From positions 1-27,155 of the IMG/VR virus record IMGVR_UViG_3300048849_000170: a stretch of DNA of 27,155 bases, one strand, 5' to 3'. The position numbers were made by a program, and so were the translations under genes. Positions 24,680-27,155 of this stretch are shown in pieces (the stretch's first letter is position 1; every line of letters starts with the position of its first letter). This DNA comes from a virus (taxonomy: Duplodnaviria > Caudoviricetes). The notes under the pieces were generated by a model that saw only the letters and a list, made by a program, of their open reading frames with translations, was not told the origin of the DNA and ran no database searches.

Positions 24680-26674
24680 CTACCTCCCTCGGCTGGTGAA
24701 CGGGTTGGCGCGCTTCGGCTTAGGCTTGGCTTTGACCGCAGGTGGCGCAGCCGGCTGTGCTGGCGCGCGATCATCAGGAACTTGCGGCGGAGGCGCCGGC
24801 GGGGGAGGTGCCGGCTTGGTGAACTCGCCTCGGGCCTTCTGCCAATCGCTCTCGCGCCAGCGATCGACGCCCAGTGAGAAGGCGACCGCGCGGGCGTAAA
24901 CCGCGTTATCGAGCGCCTCGTTGCGGTCGCGAACCTTGTGCCACTCCCGCCGGAAGCCGCCGCTGCGCAACCGGATGATGCGGAGTTCCTCCGCCACCAG
25001 CTGCTTGATCCACTCGTCGGTGGTGCCGTCGGGCAGGAAGACATACCCGTCGGGGTATTCCTCACCGTCGACCGGCTTCTCCTTCTCAAGGTCGCCGAAA
25101 AGCTCGAGCTTCAGCATCGAGGTGCCGATGTTCCAGAGGCGGACTCCGCGCTTCAGCTTGCGACCGTTGACTGTGACGTCCTGCCAGGTCGGGGAACCGA
25201 TCGGCTGGTTGGCGCTGATCTGGTGGCGCCCTTTGACCGCCATTGCGAAGCCCGGGTGCCGGCGCGCCCAGGCGTACACCTCCATGGTGTTCTCGCCGTC
25301 GCCGGAGTCGATCGCCACCCGCGCCAGCCGCATCGACCGGCCGTCCTCAGTCTCCCATGTGCGCGCGACCTCTACGTCGAGCTTCTTCCAGGTCTTCTTG
25401 TCGGCGATCGGGCCAAAGACCTCGATCCGCTCGACGAACTCGCGGCGGCCGTTCGGGCCGAAAGCCCAAATGTCGAGGTCGATGCGACCGCCACCACCAC
25501 GCTGGACGTCAGCGGCCCCCACCAGCAATCCGGCCTTCGCCGAGGGCGTTCCCAGCCGCATCGCCTTCTCCCGGCGATCGTAGAGGCGCTGCCATTCCGG
25601 AGCTTCACCGCGTTCGGCCCATGCCTCACCCAGCACCTGGTTGACGAAAGTACGGAGCAGGTTCGGGTCCTTCCGGACCTCCAGAAACTCGCGCGCAATC
25701 TCCAGCCAGGCGGCGCCGGGATGCTGGCTATAGGCTGCCCAGATGTGGAACGACCGGTGCCGCGGGAAGGCGTCGGGATTGTGCGCCCGCCACTCGCCCG
25801 CCTCGTCCATCGCCGGCTTGTCAGCTTCGTCGATGTCACAGCCGTTGACGCACCGGTACCAGGCGCGGGTCGGGTTCTCCTTTGGCTCCCAGCGGATGCC
25901 AGCGCCGGTCCCGTCCCCGAACACCAGCTGCTGCATCTCGCCGCAGTGTGGACAGGGAACGTAGCGGTATTCCTGGCTGCCCTGCTCGAACAGCAGGTCG
26001 ATCCGGCTGAAGCCCTTTACCTTGGGCGTGGACCCGGCAGCGCTGAAACGGCGCGGCGACGTAAGGTTGCGCTTAAACGCGAGCCGGGCGGGATCACCCT
26101 CTTCCTTCGACGCCCACGGGTAACCGTCGCATTCCTCCAGGAACACGTCGTCAGCGGTGACGCGCCGGAACTCCTTCGGACTGTTCGCACCCTTGATCTG
26201 GATCCAGCCGCCTTTGTAGCGCTTCGCCCTGATCTGGTTGTCAGCGTGCCGCGGCTTGAACGTGGCAACCGAGCGAACCACCGGCCATTGCAGGACCGGG
26301 TCGAGATCGTCGCGGCTGAACTTCTCCGCGTCATCGATCGTCGGCTGATAGATCAGCGTTCGGGCGGGATCGAACTTGATGCGCCAGGCGACGAAGCACT
26401 GCAGGATCGTTGAGTAGCCGATGCGGCTGCTCTTCCGCACCGACAGCTGCGTCGTCTCCGGATCCGTGAAGGCGTCAGCAATGTCCGCTTGGAACGGGAA
26501 CGGTCGGATGCGTGCACCGTCATCGGAACGCGCATGCTCGACCATGAACTTCGACAGCGGCGGCCGCTCGCGAGGTTTGCAGGCGGCCAGCCAAGCACGG
26601 GCGAGAGCTACACCGTGCGGGCCGGGTGCCCGGTAGGGCTCAATCGCCCCCTTCTTCTTCGGGCTCGCTGTCAT
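24680..26674 (-). CDS. Terminase large subunit, lambda GpA family
   Basis: Walker A-like VRKSSRIGYS, YVPCPHCG, FVNQVLGE, AIDSG and RNEALD motifs. The start could be 26674 or 26701. Confidence 0.93.
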   Translation of the reverse strand: MTASPKKKGAIEPYRAPGPHGVALARAWLAACKPRERPPLSKFMVEHARSDDGARIRPFPFQADIADAFTDPETTQLSVRKSSRIGYSTILQCFVAWRIKFDPARTLIYQPTIDDAEKFSRDDLDPVLQWPVVRSVATFKPRHADNQIRAKRYKGGWIQIKGANSPKEFRRVTADDVFLEECDGYPWASKEEGDPARLAFKRNLTSPRRFSAAGSTPKVKGFSRIDLLFEQGSQEYRYVPCPHCGEMQQLVFGDGTGAGIRWEPKENPTRAWYRCVNGCDIDEADKPAMDEAGEWRAHNPDAFPRHRSFHIWAAYSQHPGAAWLEIAREFLEVRKDPNLLRTFVNQVLGEAWAERGEAPEWQRLYDRREKAMRLGTPSAKAGLLVGAADVQRGGGGRIDLDIWAFGPNGRREFVERIEVFGPIADKKTWKKLDVEVARTWETEDGRSMRLARVAIDSGDGENTMEVYAWARRHPGFAMAVKGRHQISANQPIGSPTWQDVTVNGRKLKRGVRLWNIGTSMLKLELFGDLEKEKPVDGEEYPDGYVFLPDGTTDEWIKQLVAEELRIIRLRSGGFRREWHKVRDRNEALDNAVYARAVAFSLGVDRWRESDWQKARGEFTKPAPPPPAPPPQVPDDRAPAQPAAPPAVKAKPKPKRANPFTSRGR

Positions 26675-27155
26675 CGAAGCCCCCGCCGCGCGCCTCCTCA
26701 ATCCGGGCCATGCTCAAGTCGGTGAGGACGTTGTTGATCTCGGCATCGATGCGAGCGCGAAGCTTGGTGTCACCCTTAGCGACGCGGGCGCCGACCTGCT
26801 GCAGCTGCGCAACGATCATGACGATCACACCGGCGCCGGCGGCGACCATGTCGGGCAAGGAAGCAAGTTCCTGGCGGCGCTCCGCATTATCCATCGCCTT
26901 GGCGTCGGCCTGCTCCTTCGCCAGCCGCGCCTGCTCCTGTTCCTTGTCGAGCATGCCGCCGCCTTCGTTCAGGTCGGCAATGACTTGCTCCAACTTTCGG
27001 AGCCGAAACGAGACGAACGCCTCGACGTATTCCTCTGCCGTCGTACCCGGCCGCGGCAGCTCACCTGCCTGCATCCGGTCGCGAACCCAGCTGTCCGACA
27101 TGCCGACAAGCCACGCGACGTCGGCGCGAGTGAGCGTTTCGGTGTCGATCGCCAA
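26640..27155 (-). CDS. Terminase small subunit (Nu1-like)
   Basis: N-terminal HTH (TRADVAWLVGMSDSWV), then EQARLAKEQADAKAMDN coiled coil. Overlaps the large subunit. The start lies at the window edge. Confidence 0.8.
   Translation of the reverse strand: MAIDTETLTRADVAWLVGMSDSWVRDRMQAGELPRPGTTAEEYVEAFVSFRLRKLEQVIADLNEGGGMLDKEQEQARLAKEQADAKAMDNAERRQELASLPDMVAAGAGVIVMIVAQLQQVGARVAKGDTKLRARIDAEINNVLTDLSMARIEEARGGGFDDSEPEEEGGD

Larger units (their letters stand above)
2375..27155 (-). mobile_element. Lambda-like (siphovirus-type) prophage late region: packaging, head, tail, lysis; continues past the right window edge
   Basis: Co-oriented, tightly coupled genes (many ATGA/TGATG/GTGA overlaps) in the canonical terminase-portal-capsid-tail-lysis order. 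No sheath gene and a long tape measure. Left boundary uncertain: accessory genes at 1-2400 may belong to the prophage. Confidence 0.95.

Overview
GC-rich window, most likely from a sphingomonad-like alphaproteobacterium (inferred from GC level and protein families). About 25 kb (2375-27155) is the minus-strand late operon of a lambda-like, non-contractile-tailed prophage. In transcription order it encodes: terminase small and large subunits, gpW, portal, a ClpP protease-major capsid fusion, head-tail and tail completion genes, tail tube, tail assembly chaperone with a -1 frameshift signal, tape measure, tail tip proteins, two enzymatic tail appendages (SGNH esterase-like and beta-helix), and a lysis cassette (GH19 endolysin, holin, spanins). 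The first ~2.4 kb is an accessory patchwork: small hypothetical genes, apparent gene remnants, and an AT-richer DUF3800 gene followed by a densely structured non-coding segment. The most notable observations are (1) the DUF3800 gene plus putative ncRNA cassette, (2) an intein-like Hint domain at the C-terminus of the central tail protein, (3) a TTT-TGA-T-ATG junction that could fuse the two tail enzymes by a +1 shift, and (4) a -1 frameshift product and an internal capsid start that the ORF track does not list. No integrase, att site, tRNA, rRNA or CRISPR array is visible. All family assignments come from motif recognition by eye, not database searches.
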